A DNA stretch of 64,000 nucleotides from Candidatus Kaiserbacteria bacterium RIFCSPHIGHO2_01_FULL_54_36 (GCA_001781105.1 MFKV01000007.1:4912-68911); one strand, 5' to 3'; positions 1 to 9,823 are shown, counted from the stretch's first letter. Numbers and translations are program-made. The notes: a model not told the origin generated them from the sequence alone.

Positions 1-189
1 GAGCTCTCGCAAGAACTTACCGAAGCCGACCTCGCGCTTGCGAAAGAGATCTCCAAAGAGCCCGGGGTGACCTCTGGCACGCTCCAGAAACTTCTCGAAG
101 CATACTCACAGACTGCGTACGCCGCCGTGCCGCATCTGCCGCTAGAGCTTGCGATCATAGATATATGCGAAAAAGACAAAAAAGAATAG
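1..189 (+). CDS. 3' end of a gene that starts upstream of the window; product unknown
   Basis: Frame 1 is open from base 1 to TAG at 187-189 (...LELAIIDICEKDKKE*). No domain recognised. Confidence 0.3.
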   Translation, partial: ELSQELTEADLALAKEISKEPGVTSGTLQKLLEAYSQTAYAAVPHLPLELAIIDICEKDKKE

Positions 190-227
190 AGCGAAAAAGA
201 GTAACGCCAGCCGCGAAGCTGGGAAAG

Positions 228-980
228 ATGGAAACAACCTCCTGGGGGCACGTCGCCAATTGGTACCACGACCACGTCTCGGAGAACGACGATACGTACC
301 ACGAGAAGATCATTAAGCCGAATCTCTTGCGCGTGCTCGGAGATGTACGCGGCAAGCACGTGCTTGATGTGGCATGCGGGCAAGGATTTTTCTCGCGCGC
401 CGTTGCTTCTGCAGGCGCGCGCATGACCGGCATCGATATCGCAGCTCCGCTCATCGCACTTGCCAAAAAGCAGGGCCCGCCGGATATTTCCTACATCGTC
501 GCGTCCGCCGAGCGTATTGCTCTTCCGGACACCTCGTTCGACGCAGCGATATGCGTGCTCGCACTGCAGAATATCAAAGACCTCTCCGGCACCTTGGCCC
601 AAATCTCACACTTGCTAAAAAGCGGCGGCTCATTCACGATCGTCCTCAACCATCCTGCCTTCCGCATTCCCCGCCATTCACAGTGGGGTTTCGATCCTGA
701 CGCCAATGTTCAATTCCGGCGACTAGATGCCTATCTTTCTGAAAGTGCCCACCAGATACGCATGCACCCCGGTTCGGCGCCAGACGTCATCACGATGTCG
801 TACCACCGACCGCTGCAGCTCTATATGAAAGAGCTCGCGAAGCACGGCTTCGCATTGTCGGCGCTTGAGGAATGGATCTCGCATCGTATGAGCGAGAAGG
901 GCCCGCGCGCTGCGGCAGAAGACCGCGCGCGCAAAGAATTTCCACTCTTTCTAATGCTCAGTGCGCGCAAAGTAACTTGA
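228..980 (+). CDS. class I SAM-dependent methyltransferase
   Basis: VLDVACGQGFFS glycine-rich SAM motif. Start taken at METTSW after a GGGAAAG RBS; the ORF track begins at 165. Confidence 0.8.
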   Translation: METTSWGHVANWYHDHVSENDDTYHEKIIKPNLLRVLGDVRGKHVLDVACGQGFFSRAVASAGARMTGIDIAAPLIALAKKQGPPDISYIVASAERIALPDTSFDAAICVLALQNIKDLSGTLAQISHLLKSGGSFTIVLNHPAFRIPRHSQWGFDPDANVQFRRLDAYLSESAHQIRMHPGSAPDVITMSYHRPLQLYMKELAKHGFALSALEEWISHRMSEKGPRAAAEDRARKEFPLFLMLSARKVT

Positions 981-986
981 GGGTGT

Positions 987-1604
987 ATGGCGACTTTTCA
1001 TCGTTTGGATCGTCGTCTAGTCCTCAATATATATTTGACGATCGTTGGCATCCTCTTTGTGGCAATCGCCGCGTGGTTTTTGTATGGCGACACGTTTGGG
1101 CGCCAAGAAAGTTTCATTGGTGTTGCAACTACGACTCAAACAGTCATATCCACAGCATCGCACCCCATACAATTAGTTATTCCCGCAGCAGGCGTGGACG
1201 CAGAAGTAGAAGAGGTTGGCGTCACTTCGAGCGGAGCGATGGCAACGGCGAAAAAAATAAAGAACGTCGGGTGGTACAAGTACGGCGTTGTACCCGGGCA
1301 AATGGGAAGCGCGGTCATTGATGGGCACGTGGATGATTGGGTGGGGCTTGCCGGGGTGTTCCGGAATCTCAAGGATCTGAAAGTAGGGGATGATGTGTAT
1401 GTGGATGCTGAGAACGGAGAGCGCCTGCACTTCGTCGTTACCGACATCCGTATCTATCCGTACAAGAGCGTGCCGGTCGAGAAGATCTTCATAAGCAATG
1501 ACGTCCCCCGCCTCAACCTCATCACCTGCACCGGCGCGTGGATCCGCAGCGAGAAGACCTACGACCACCGCCTCGTTGTCTATACGGAATTACGAAACAA
1601 ATAA
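987..1604 (+). CDS. sortase family transpeptidase
   Basis: N-terminal TM anchor, catalytic His region and LITCTG (TLxTC) active-site motif. Confidence 0.85.
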   Translation: MATFHRLDRRLVLNIYLTIVGILFVAIAAWFLYGDTFGRQESFIGVATTTQTVISTASHPIQLVIPAAGVDAEVEEVGVTSSGAMATAKKIKNVGWYKYGVVPGQMGSAVIDGHVDDWVGLAGVFRNLKDLKVGDDVYVDAENGERLHFVVTDIRIYPYKSVPVEKIFISNDVPRLNLITCTGAWIRSEKTYDHRLVVYTELRNK

Positions 1605-1617
1605 ATGCCTTGTTTGT

Positions 1618-1640
1618 TTATTCAATTGAATTAGCAAATA
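1618..1640. promoter_or_regulatory. palindromic operator-like site (TTCAATTGAATTAGCAAATA) downstream of the first ArsR gene
   Basis: TTCAATTGAA palindrome plus a GAATTAGCAAATA motif shared with the site at 1971..1994. Confidence 0.4.
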
Positions 1641-1673
1641 AGGCGGATAGTGACAGATTGGGGTCAGCCTCGT

Positions 1674-1964
1674 CTAGAGCATTTTCAGCGCAGTATCGAG
1701 GCCGGGATGTCGATTTTTTGGCAGTGAATAATTGACGGTAGTATTTACCTGCTCGCTCTCGATAAGATCTACGCCCGCCAGCACACGCAGGTGGCGCGAG
1801 GTTGCTGCAAATGAAAGTCGTATGTGTTCTGCAATTTTACCGACGGATGCTGGGCCTTTTGTGTGGAGAAATTGCACTATCGCAAGACGTCGCCGGTTGG
1901 CCAACGCTTTTAGTACTCGCTCCGACTCAATGATCCGATTGCGTCTCTCGCTCATCAAGCTCAT
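1674..1964 (-). CDS. ArsR/SmtB family transcriptional regulator
   Basis: wHTH core LKALANRRRLAIVQFL...SFAATSRHLRVL. Paralogue of 15079..15345. Confidence 0.8.
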   Translation of the reverse strand: MSLMSERRNRIIESERVLKALANRRRLAIVQFLHTKGPASVGKIAEHIRLSFAATSRHLRVLAGVDLIESEQVNTTVNYSLPKNRHPGLDTALKML

Positions 1965-1970
1965 TATTTG

Positions 1971-1994
1971 TTAATTCAAACGAATTAGCAAATA
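1971..1994. promoter_or_regulatory. palindromic operator-like site (TTAATTCAAACGAATTAGCAAATA) just upstream of the first ArsR gene
   Basis: AATTC-n4-GAATT inverted repeat 7 nt from the ArsR start. Typical position for ArsR autoregulation. Confidence 0.45.
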
Positions 1995-2045
1995 CATTTA
2001 TACACTGGTGGAATATTGTGAGATGTTTGGTATTCTCTAAGTGTT

Positions 2046-2116
2046 TGGGGGATCGTCTAATGGTAGGACATCAGGTTTTGGTCCTGAGTATCTAGGTTCG
2101 AGTCCTAGTCCCCCAG
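2046..2116 (+). tRNA. tRNA-Gln (anticodon TTG)
   Basis: Manual cloverleaf: acceptor TGGGGGA/TCCCCCA, D-arm GTCT/GGAC, anticodon stem TCAGG/CCTGA with loop TTTTGGT, T-arm CTAGG-TTCGAGT-CCTAG, discriminator G. No encoded CCA. Confidence 0.8.
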
Positions 2117-2157
2117 TCAGCTTATGCTAAGTCAGGTGACTGAGGCGAAAAGACAGC

Positions 2158-3855
2158 TCAGGGTAAAAGCTTTTTGAACATCTCGCTGAGTTCTTTGATG
2201 CCGATCGGTTTCGTGAGGTGTGCAGAGAAACCCGCATCGAGGGCTTTTTGTTTGTCTTCGCGAAGACCGTACCCTGTAAGCGCGACCACGGGTGGTGGAG
2301 GTATGCCACGTGCCTTGAGAGCTCGAATAACCTCATACCCATCCATGTTGGGCATGCCGATATCGAGTAGGATGATATCGAAATCCGAAAGTGTCTCGTG
2401 CGCAAGGGCATCAATGCCCGAGTAACGTGCTTCTGCACGACATCCCGACATGTTGAGAAGCTTGACGAGAGAGTCTGCAGCTTGGACGTTGTCGTCCACA
2501 ACGAGCACATGCTGAGTCATTCTCTGCGTACCCGCGTCCGAGCCGGGCTCTGACGCAAAGCTAACGATATCCGTGATGGGAAGCTTGATCACAAATTCGC
2601 TCCCTTTGCCTCTTCCTTCGCTCCGCGCTGCGATAGAGCCTTTATGTAGCTCCACTATTTTCTGCACGAGCGCGAGCCCGATACCCAGCCCGCTCGCATT
2701 GTCCTTGCCGTGCCCTTGAAAATAAATCTCAAAAATATTGGGTAGGTCGGCAGGATCGATGCCTTCGCCATTGTCGCGGATCTTGAGGACAGCGTACTCA
2801 TCTTCCTTCGCGAGGTCGACCCATATGGATCCACCGGAATGGGTAAATTTCACGGCATTGTTGATGAGGTTGCTGGCAGCCTGCTCAAGCCGTGTGTCGT
2901 CCGCCCATACCGGCAGGGGTGTCGAGGGATAGGTAAAATGGAGCGTGATGTCGGATGCACGAAACAAGGCGTCATTGGCTTTCAGTGAGCGCTCGACAAG
3001 CTTACGCAACTCCAGGGTATGGGGTACGATCTCGATCTTTGCCTGAGTGAAGCGGGTTACGTCTAAAAGGTCGCCGAGGAGTTTCGCGAGGTGGTCAAAC
3101 TGATGTTCTATTCCCGCAAGCTCCTCGCGCACATCAGTCGTCATCTCACGAAGTTTCAGAAGTTCAAGAGAGCTCTTAATCGGCGCCAAAGGATTCCGGA
3201 GCTCGTGCGAGAGCGAGGCCAAGAAGAGGTCCTTAGCCGTATCGCGCTTGGCTATTTCGAGAGACAGGCGGCCATTGTCGAGTATGACACCGAGGTCGTT
3301 GCAGAATTCCTGGAAAAATTCGAAAGCGTTCTGCGTGTATACTCTGCCAGACTTCGCGTATCCGAGCGAGAGTGCGCCGAGCGTCTTGCCGTGCGCACAA
3401 ATAGGAATGATCATGAGCGATTTCAGCCCCAGCCTCTGCATCGCCTTCAAATGCTCCGGCGAGCGAGCGCCCTGACGTATCGTCTCGTCGGTAACAACAG
3501 GTACGAATTGTGCTTTCCCGGTCCGGATGACCGCGTAGAGGTCGGCAGAATTTTTCTCGGTGGTGGGAAAACGCTTCTCGAACTCAAAGAGGTAATCGGT
3601 CATTTTCTGGTCCTGATGGATGACCGCGATACGCTCAAGGCCATTGTGCTCGACGAGGACATCGATCGCACACCAGTCGGCGAGCGAGGGCACGGTCAAT
3701 TTGGCTTTTTCGAGAAGCCACGTGCGGAAATCCACCTTCGTCGAAAGGATCTTCGCCGATTCCAGCATGAAACGAAGCTTGTCCTCGCGCGAATTGTTGC
3801 GCGAGACATCCGTTGCACTAATCGTATTTTTCTTCTTAAGGTTGGGTTGGATCAT
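2158..3855 (-). CDS. hybrid sensor histidine kinase (GAF-like sensor, HisKA, HATPase_c, C-terminal REC)
   Basis: H-box SHELRNPLAPI, G-box GLGIGLAL, and a receiver domain with DDNV...LLDIGMPNMDG. Confidence 0.85.
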   Translation of the reverse strand: MIQPNLKKKNTISATDVSRNNSREDKLRFMLESAKILSTKVDFRTWLLEKAKLTVPSLADWCAIDVLVEHNGLERIAVIHQDQKMTDYLFEFEKRFPTTEKNSADLYAVIRTGKAQFVPVVTDETIRQGARSPEHLKAMQRLGLKSLMIIPICAHGKTLGALSLGYAKSGRVYTQNAFEFFQEFCNDLGVILDNGRLSLEIAKRDTAKDLFLASLSHELRNPLAPIKSSLELLKLREMTTDVREELAGIEHQFDHLAKLLGDLLDVTRFTQAKIEIVPHTLELRKLVERSLKANDALFRASDITLHFTYPSTPLPVWADDTRLEQAASNLINNAVKFTHSGGSIWVDLAKEDEYAVLKIRDNGEGIDPADLPNIFEIYFQGHGKDNASGLGIGLALVQKIVELHKGSIAARSEGRGKGSEFVIKLPITDIVSFASEPGSDAGTQRMTQHVLVVDDNVQAADSLVKLLNMSGCRAEARYSGIDALAHETLSDFDIILLDIGMPNMDGYEVIRALKARGIPPPPVVALTGYGLREDKQKALDAGFSAHLTKPIGIKELSEMFKKLLP

Positions 3856-4001
3856 GCATAGTTAGGACTCTGAACCATGCGCAGCACAGTTAGAGGTGCA
3901 GTGTAGCACCCAATCATTAAGGTATGATGAAGACGCGGTGAAGCAGGCTCGAACATCGTACCCTGGCCGGGCAGGCCAAACACCCAGGTCGGTTCTAAAT
4001 A

Positions 4002-5258
4002 TTATGTTGCGGCGGCAGTGCCGGCTACGTAGCCCGTTGTCCAGCACAGCTGCAAGCTGTAGCCTCCCGATGGGCGATTGATATCGAGGATATCGCCGAC
4101 GAGGAAAAGATTTTGATATTTTAGCGAGCGCATCGTTTTGAAATCTATTTCCGTAAGCGCGGCGCCTCCGGCGACGATGACTGCCTTGTCCATGCCGAGC
4201 AGATGTTTGGCATCGAACCCGAGATGTTTGAGCGTTTTCATGAGTCGGATGCGGGCCTCGCGCGTCACGCCGTTGCAAAAAGCCTCTGGATCGATCTGCG
4301 CTTTTTGGAGCACGAGTGGGACGAGCGCCGGTGCGAGAAATTCGCTAAGGGAATTCTTGATCATTTTGTTGCTGTTGTGCTTGAGTGCGTTTTGGAGCAC
4401 GGCATTCACTTTTTCGTATCCCATATCGGGCAGGAGATCGATCTCAAGGTGCACCGCGCCGTATTTTAGAAGCTCACCGATCTCGTGGCTCATATTGAGA
4501 ATGCCGGGGCCACTGAGGCCTACATGCGTAAAAAGTATTTTACCTCGTGCCTGCGCCTGCTGTACCTCATTCTGATAGAGCGTGATCTTGGCATTTTGCA
4601 CGCTCACGCCCGCAGCGCGCTTCGCCGGATCCATGAGTGCGATGGGTACGAGCGCGGCGCTCGCACCTAGCACCGTGTGGCCGAGATCACGCAGCCACGC
4701 ATATCCATCGCCGGTCGATCCTGTCTCTGGATGCGACAGACCGCCGGTCGCGAGGATGAATTTCTTTGCGCGGATCGTCTTACCGCCTTTCAACTCTGCC
4801 TCCGTAATATTGCCACCGCGGTGCTGGAGGCGGACGACTGTGGCGCTTGGCATCACCGTCACGTTCGTCGTTTCCAAATAGTTCACAAGTGTATCCCAGA
4901 CGGATCGAGCGGTATTGGAAAGCGGGAAGACGCGCTGATTTGCCTCCTCTTTGGTGGGCATGTTGCGAGAATGGAAAAATTCGAGGGTTTTGTCCACGCT
5001 CCACTGCGAAAAGGGGGAGAAAAGGAATTTACCGCTGTCTTTAAATTTGGCGAGGAGCTTTTTATTGTCGAGCTCAGCATTGGTCACGTTGCACCTGCCA
5101 CCGCCGGTGATGAGTAGTTTCTTGCCGAGCGACTTGTTCTTTTCGATGAGGATGACCTTAGCCCCTTTTTCGGCCGCCCTGCCGGCTGCCATCATGCCTG
5201 CCGGTCCGCCACCGATGACGGCGACGTCCCAGATCTCTTCCTCGGCCCTTGCTTTCAT
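4002..5258 (-). CDS. NAD(P)/FAD-dependent oxidoreductase, HI0933/BaiN-like flavoprotein family
   Basis: N-terminal VAVIGGGPAGMMAA Rossmann motif and typical length. Confidence 0.75.
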   Translation of the reverse strand: MKARAEEEIWDVAVIGGGPAGMMAAGRAAEKGAKVILIEKNKSLGKKLLITGGGRCNVTNAELDNKKLLAKFKDSGKFLFSPFSQWSVDKTLEFFHSRNMPTKEEANQRVFPLSNTARSVWDTLVNYLETTNVTVMPSATVVRLQHRGGNITEAELKGGKTIRAKKFILATGGLSHPETGSTGDGYAWLRDLGHTVLGASAALVPIALMDPAKRAAGVSVQNAKITLYQNEVQQAQARGKILFTHVGLSGPGILNMSHEIGELLKYGAVHLEIDLLPDMGYEKVNAVLQNALKHNSNKMIKNSLSEFLAPALVPLVLQKAQIDPEAFCNGVTREARIRLMKTLKHLGFDAKHLLGMDKAVIVAGGAALTEIDFKTMRSLKYQNLFLVGDILDINRPSGGYSLQLCWTTGYVAGTAAAT

Positions 5259-5319
5259 AGCAGCATACTATCAGTTCCATTTCTTCGGAGCTTGTATATC
5301 ATTACAGCATTCGTGACGT

Positions 5320-5559
5320 ATGTATTTTGTGTATCTATTGAAGTGCAACGACGGCTCTATTTATACGGGCATAACCAATGATCTGGTAAAACGTTTGCAT
5401 AGCCATAAAACCGGCGTAGGCGGAAATTATACCCGGGCAAAAGGCGCAGTGAAGATCTTGTACTCTGAAAAAGCCTCGGGTCGCGGCGCAGCTCTCAAGC
5501 GTGAGGCCGAGATCAAAAGCTGGACACGACAAAAGAAACTTGCACTTGTCGCGTCCTAA
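5320..5559 (+). CDS. stand-alone GIY-YIG nuclease-domain protein
   Basis: VYLLKC..GSIYTGITNDLVKRLHSHK is a GIY..YIG module with conserved R and H. Paralogue at 51455..51706. Confidence 0.75.
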   Translation: MYFVYLLKCNDGSIYTGITNDLVKRLHSHKTGVGGNYTRAKGAVKILYSEKASGRGAALKREAEIKSWTRQKKLALVAS

Positions 5560-5613
5560 TACTCGACATCGGACCAAACTCGCAGTCAGAACAAAAGAAA
5601 CAGCAGGAACCCG

Positions 5614-6236
5614 TCAGTACGGACTCCTGCTAGTGGTGACGGGGAACCGTTGGATTGTGACCTTAGTGCCGGTGTCGTCGATGATCCTGACCTCTTCGGG
5701 CCATGGAAGTGCTTCGAGATCAAGGCCAATCTGCTGCACCTGGGTGACACTCAGGATGTCGGCGTAGACACTCGACTCGTGCTCGGAGAACTCCGAGCGG
5801 CCATCCCAGTGAGACGCGGTGAACGTGGTGTCGAGCTGGTCACGGCGGATCTGGAGACCGAGCTCTTGGCGAAGGCCGCGGACAGCGGCTTCGACGTCGC
5901 TTTCGCCACGCTTGCGCGTTTCGCTTATCGTCGAGCTCTTGACCTTCGGAATGATGCGCTTCTTGCGCACGTACTCCCGTTGGATCTCACAGTATCTTGC
6001 ATTGCAGCGCAAGACGGTGACAAAGATCGCCACCCCGAGCGCCACACGCACGACGCGTCCGGTGCTGGTGTAGTGCAGCTGCACCTCGCTGCCTCGGATC
6101 TCCGCGAAGAGATCCGCCAGGGTCTTCGTGCTGCGCCGGTCGTACGTCGCGAGGTTGATCTTTCTGCCCGTGGGCCCTCTCCCTTCGGAGAGGAATTCGA
6201 GCATTTGCGCGTAGGTCACGATTTGAATCGTCATGA
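5614..6236 (-). CDS. NUDIX-like protein with a degenerate Nudix box
   Basis: E-x7-R..LRQELGL resembles GX5EX7REUXEEXGU but lacks the first Gly and has EE changed to QE. High GC3 codon usage unlike its neighbours. Start taken at the internal MTIQIV, because the upstream part overlaps the kinase gene. Confidence 0.4.
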
Positions 6237-6319
6237 CCGCTCTCCTCTCTGTTGGGATTTGTGTCTGTGGCTCTATCGCCCAGCGAAAGAGTACTCGGTG
6301 GGCACTATTTTGCAACCCG

Positions 6320-8398
6320 CTACAATTCCGGCAGAACGCGCCGCAGATCGACAAGCCCGGCGGGTTTTACAAGGTAATCGTCGATTCCCGAATTTCTGAA
6401 GTGTTTTTTTGCCTCGCCAGTACTGTAACCCGTAAGCGCGATGATACGCCCTGTAAAACCATGCTTCCTAAGCTTCTTTGCTACTGCATAGCCGTCTTGA
6501 TCAGGCAGACCTATATCCAAGAGGACAGCGGCTGGAGAGAGGCTGAATGTATTTTCGATCGCTTCTTTGCCGTCGTATGCATATGCGACGGAGTAGCCTT
6601 GCAACTCGAGAAGTCGCCCGATACCTGCGGCTGCAGCGTCGTTATCGTCCACGATCAGAACGAGAGGGCCGGGTTTTTTTGGTGCCTTCGCTGGTTTCGA
6701 TCCCTGATGTTCTTCGGTTATCGAGATATCATCAGCAGGCAAAACAGGGAGGCGAACGGTGAAGCGGCTGCCCGCTCCTATGCCCTCACTTTCAGCAGAG
6801 ACGGCACCTCCGTGCATCTCTACAAAATTGCGTACCAGTGCAAGGCCAATGCCAAGTCCTTTCTCGCTGCGTTCGCCCTGTTCGATCTGCTGGAACGGCA
6901 AAAAAATAGTTTCAAGCGCATGAGGACTCAATCCCACGCCTTCGTCGGAGACTTCTATTTCGGCGAGGCCTTGTTCCTCTCGTACGAGAAGGGTAATCGT
7001 GTCACCTGAGTTGGAATACTTCGAAGCGTTCGTAAGGAGATTGGAGAAGATCTGCTCTATCCGTACCGAGTCACCAGCGACATAGAGCGGCCGGTTTGCT
7101 CCCCTGAAGACCAGTGTCTGATGCAATTCCTTACGGTGGTGTTCGGTCGAGAGTATTGCACTTTTGAGCGCTGATTCGAGTTCGACCTGTTCTTTTTTCA
7201 GGCTGATCTTCCCTTCAGAAATGCGCGAGACATCGAGCAGGTCATCGAGAAGTCTGCGCACGGTTGCCATCCGATCCGCCATCATATCGAGCCCTTCCTT
7301 CTCCTCCGCATCGCGCGGACCTTTGAGTTGCAGTAAATCAATCGTGGAAACGATAGGCGCCAGAGGATTGCGGAGCTCGTGTGCGAGAATAGCGATAAAA
7401 TCGTTTTTCGCTCTTGATTCTGAGCTGACACGGGCAAGCATATTCTCAAGCGTCGCAAGTTGGGAGAACATGATATTCCTGTTGACGCGCCTATCTTCCG
7501 CAAGCGAGGAGATAAGGAGAAAGCTTGCGCTGAGCGCGATCAGAAATAACTCCACCTCAAATAAACGCTGTGCAAGCGCGACACTCTCTGTGGATGCGAG
7601 GGTGCCTGCGATGGCGAACAGGGAGGTTATACAGAGAGCTAGAGTCACGAAACGTGGACGGAGCCTGAGCGCTATCACAAAGAGCGGAATGAGAGGGAGA
7701 TACATCAGGTAGATGCCTAGAATAGTCTGCGTGCCATCGACGAACAGCATCCAGTCGATCCCAATAAGGAGGATAAAGATTCCAACTGTTTCGACCGCTT
7801 CCAGCAGAGTGCGGCGAAATCGGGGTTTTGCGGACCAGCGAAGGATGAGCGGCACCACGATAAAGGAAGAGGACAGCGTTGCGACATACCCGTAACCCCA
7901 CATCCCGAGGGTGTACGGAAGCCCTCCTACCGCGCTAGTCGCGGCTTCTACGGTAGGGACAAGCAGGGATACAAACCCCAAGACCGCAAGGGTCGCGAAC
8001 GCATCGCGCATATGTCTGAAAAGCGGATCAAGCCGTACTCTTCGAAGCAGGTACGAGCCCGCGCTTGCAAAGGCGACAGCAATGACCGGTGAGACGACGA
8101 GAGTCTGATCGGGTACCTGTCCGAGCAAGCCGCCGATGAGCGCCGCTCCCAAAACTACTGGCCAAAGTCGTAATCCGCCAAAAAAAAGAGCGCAGAGCGC
8201 GATCATGTTCGCTGGATTGAGAGAAGCGGCTGCGGGCAAAAGAAGGACCGAGCCTACATACACCGCCACATATGATACGAATAGTATGCTGGCAACTCGC
8301 CACTCGTGTTTGCTGTACAACTGGAGGTATGATGAATGAGCACTCAGGGTCATAGCGAAGTTTGCATATAGTATCAGGAATATTGGGTTTTCCTTCAA
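6320..8398 (-). CDS. membrane-bound hybrid sensor histidine kinase (polytopic N-terminal sensor, HisKA, HATPase_c, REC)
   Basis: About 8 TM segments, then H-box AHELRNPLAPI, G-box GLGIGLALV and a receiver LVLIVDDN...LLDIGLPDQDG. Confidence 0.85.
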   Translation of the reverse strand: MKENPIFLILYANFAMTLSAHSSYLQLYSKHEWRVASILFVSYVAVYVGSVLLLPAAASLNPANMIALCALFFGGLRLWPVVLGAALIGGLLGQVPDQTLVVSPVIAVAFASAGSYLLRRVRLDPLFRHMRDAFATLAVLGFVSLLVPTVEAATSAVGGLPYTLGMWGYGYVATLSSSFIVVPLILRWSAKPRFRRTLLEAVETVGIFILLIGIDWMLFVDGTQTILGIYLMYLPLIPLFVIALRLRPRFVTLALCITSLFAIAGTLASTESVALAQRLFEVELFLIALSASFLLISSLAEDRRVNRNIMFSQLATLENMLARVSSESRAKNDFIAILAHELRNPLAPIVSTIDLLQLKGPRDAEEKEGLDMMADRMATVRRLLDDLLDVSRISEGKISLKKEQVELESALKSAILSTEHHRKELHQTLVFRGANRPLYVAGDSVRIEQIFSNLLTNASKYSNSGDTITLLVREEQGLAEIEVSDEGVGLSPHALETIFLPFQQIEQGERSEKGLGIGLALVRNFVEMHGGAVSAESEGIGAGSRFTVRLPVLPADDISITEEHQGSKPAKAPKKPGPLVLIVDDNDAAAAGIGRLLELQGYSVAYAYDGKEAIENTFSLSPAAVLLDIGLPDQDGYAVAKKLRKHGFTGRIIALTGYSTGEAKKHFRNSGIDDYLVKPAGLVDLRRVLPEL

Positions 8399-8503
8399 TG
8401 CATAACGGTTGCCTCTTCATCCTATCTACATCCTATTCTTCATACTCTTAGCTGCACGCCCGCGGCGCGGGATTATAAGATTAATTATTTCTCAACAACA
8501 TTT

Positions 8504-8752
8504 ATGGAACTTATCGCATTTTTGGTGCTCGGAGGTATCGCAGGTTGGCTTGCGTCTCTCTTTATGGGTACCGACGCGCAACAGGGCATTATCCTCAATA
8601 TCGTCGTGGGAGTCGTCGGCGCTTTCTTAGGCGGATGGCTGTTCACAACGTTTGGCTCCGTGGGCGTAACGGGCTTCAACTTCTACAGCCTCATTGTCGC
8701 CGTCATCGGTGCAGTACTTCTGCTCTGGATCGTGCGACTTGTGCGCCGCTAA
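8504..8752 (+). CDS. GlsB/YeaQ/YmgE family small membrane protein
   Basis: 82 aa with two TM helices and the GxxGW pattern typical of the transglycosylase-associated family. Confidence 0.75.
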   Translation: MELIAFLVLGGIAGWLASLFMGTDAQQGIILNIVVGVVGAFLGGWLFTTFGSVGVTGFNFYSLIVAVIGAVLLLWIVRLVRR

Positions 8753-8827
8753 CAGCTCAACGGAACACAAAAGCGCCCTTGATCGCATCTTGGGCGCTTT
8801 TGTCTAAATCCGGTAAGATGAGCGGAT

Positions 8828-9799
8828 ATGCTCGTAGATGACGTTACAGTGCGCCTTGAGGCGGGCGCGGGCGGGCGCGGCTCTGTCGCGTTCAATAAGG
8901 TACGACTCGCGCTTGGCCCCACGGGCGGCGATGGGGGGCAGGGCGGCAGCATCTATTTCGAAGGCGTTACCGACATCAATGCGCTCTCGCGATACGCACA
9001 TAGGCAGCCGATCCTTGCGGAGAAGGGAAAGGACGGCCGCGGGCAATTCCTAGACGGCCGCGGCGGAGAGGACCTCCTGTTGCAAGTGCCCACTGGCACT
9101 ATGATCATCAATACGCAGACCGGTTTTGCGCGCGAAATAGTAAAGGTGGGAGAGCGGATGCTTGCTGCGGGAGGTGGCGAAGGCGGAAGAGGGAATTTCA
9201 AATTCCGCTCCTCGACCAATACATCTCCAAAAGAATACGAAGATGGAAAAGTGGGAGACAGAGCGACGTATCGCCTGGAACTTCGGCTTATCGCTCACGT
9301 GGGGCTTGTGGGTTTGCCGAATGCCGGCAAATCGAGTTTGCTCAACGAGCTCACGGCAGCAAAAAGCCGGGTCGCCAATTACGCGTTTACCACACTCGAG
9401 CCGCACCTCGGCGCGTACTATGAGCTCATACTCGCGGACATTCCAGGGCTCATCGAAGGGGCGTCTGGCGGCAAAGGGCTTGGCTTCAAATTTCTCAAAC
9501 ACATCGAGCGCACCAAAACGATCTTCCACCTTGTCACGAGCGAATCAGACGACCCCGTGCGCGATTACGGAGTAGTTCGCAGCGAACTCACAAGCTACAG
9601 CCCCGCGCTCGCGGACAAGGAAGAACATATTTTTCTTACAAAATCCGACATGGTCACGCCAGAGCGAATTCGCGAAATTGTCGCATCCTTTGCCAAGCTC
9701 GACAAAAAAGTAACACCGATCTCTGTCCTCGATGCGGAAAGTTTGAAAGTGGTGAAAGCAATACTGAATACGATAAAGGACGGGCTCGGAAAGGTTTGA
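8828..9799 (+). CDS. obg: GTPase Obg
   Basis: Gly-rich Obg fold (GGDGGQGGS, GGGEGGRGN) followed by a G domain with GLPNAGKSSLL. Confidence 0.9.
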   Translation: MLVDDVTVRLEAGAGGRGSVAFNKVRLALGPTGGDGGQGGSIYFEGVTDINALSRYAHRQPILAEKGKDGRGQFLDGRGGEDLLLQVPTGTMIINTQTGFAREIVKVGERMLAAGGGEGGRGNFKFRSSTNTSPKEYEDGKVGDRATYRLELRLIAHVGLVGLPNAGKSSLLNELTAAKSRVANYAFTTLEPHLGAYYELILADIPGLIEGASGGKGLGFKFLKHIERTKTIFHLVTSESDDPVRDYGVVRSELTSYSPALADKEEHIFLTKSDMVTPERIREIVASFAKLDKKVTPISVLDAESLKVVKAILNTIKDGLGKV

Positions 9800-9823
9800 A
9801 ACCTTTGCTGCCTGCGTCACTCG

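Noticed and set aside
5650-6399. 249-aa plus-strand ORF antisense to the NUDIX-like gene
   Set aside because: Arg/Asp/Leu/Ala-rich composition typical of antisense frames in GC-rich DNA, with no motif. The minus-strand frame has a partial Nudix box and continues the operon orientation of the kinase gene.
9791-9808. AAAGGTTTgaAACCTTT palindrome overlapping the obg stop codon
   Set aside because: Short (7-bp arms) and inside coding sequence. Probably fortuitous, so not listed as a feature.
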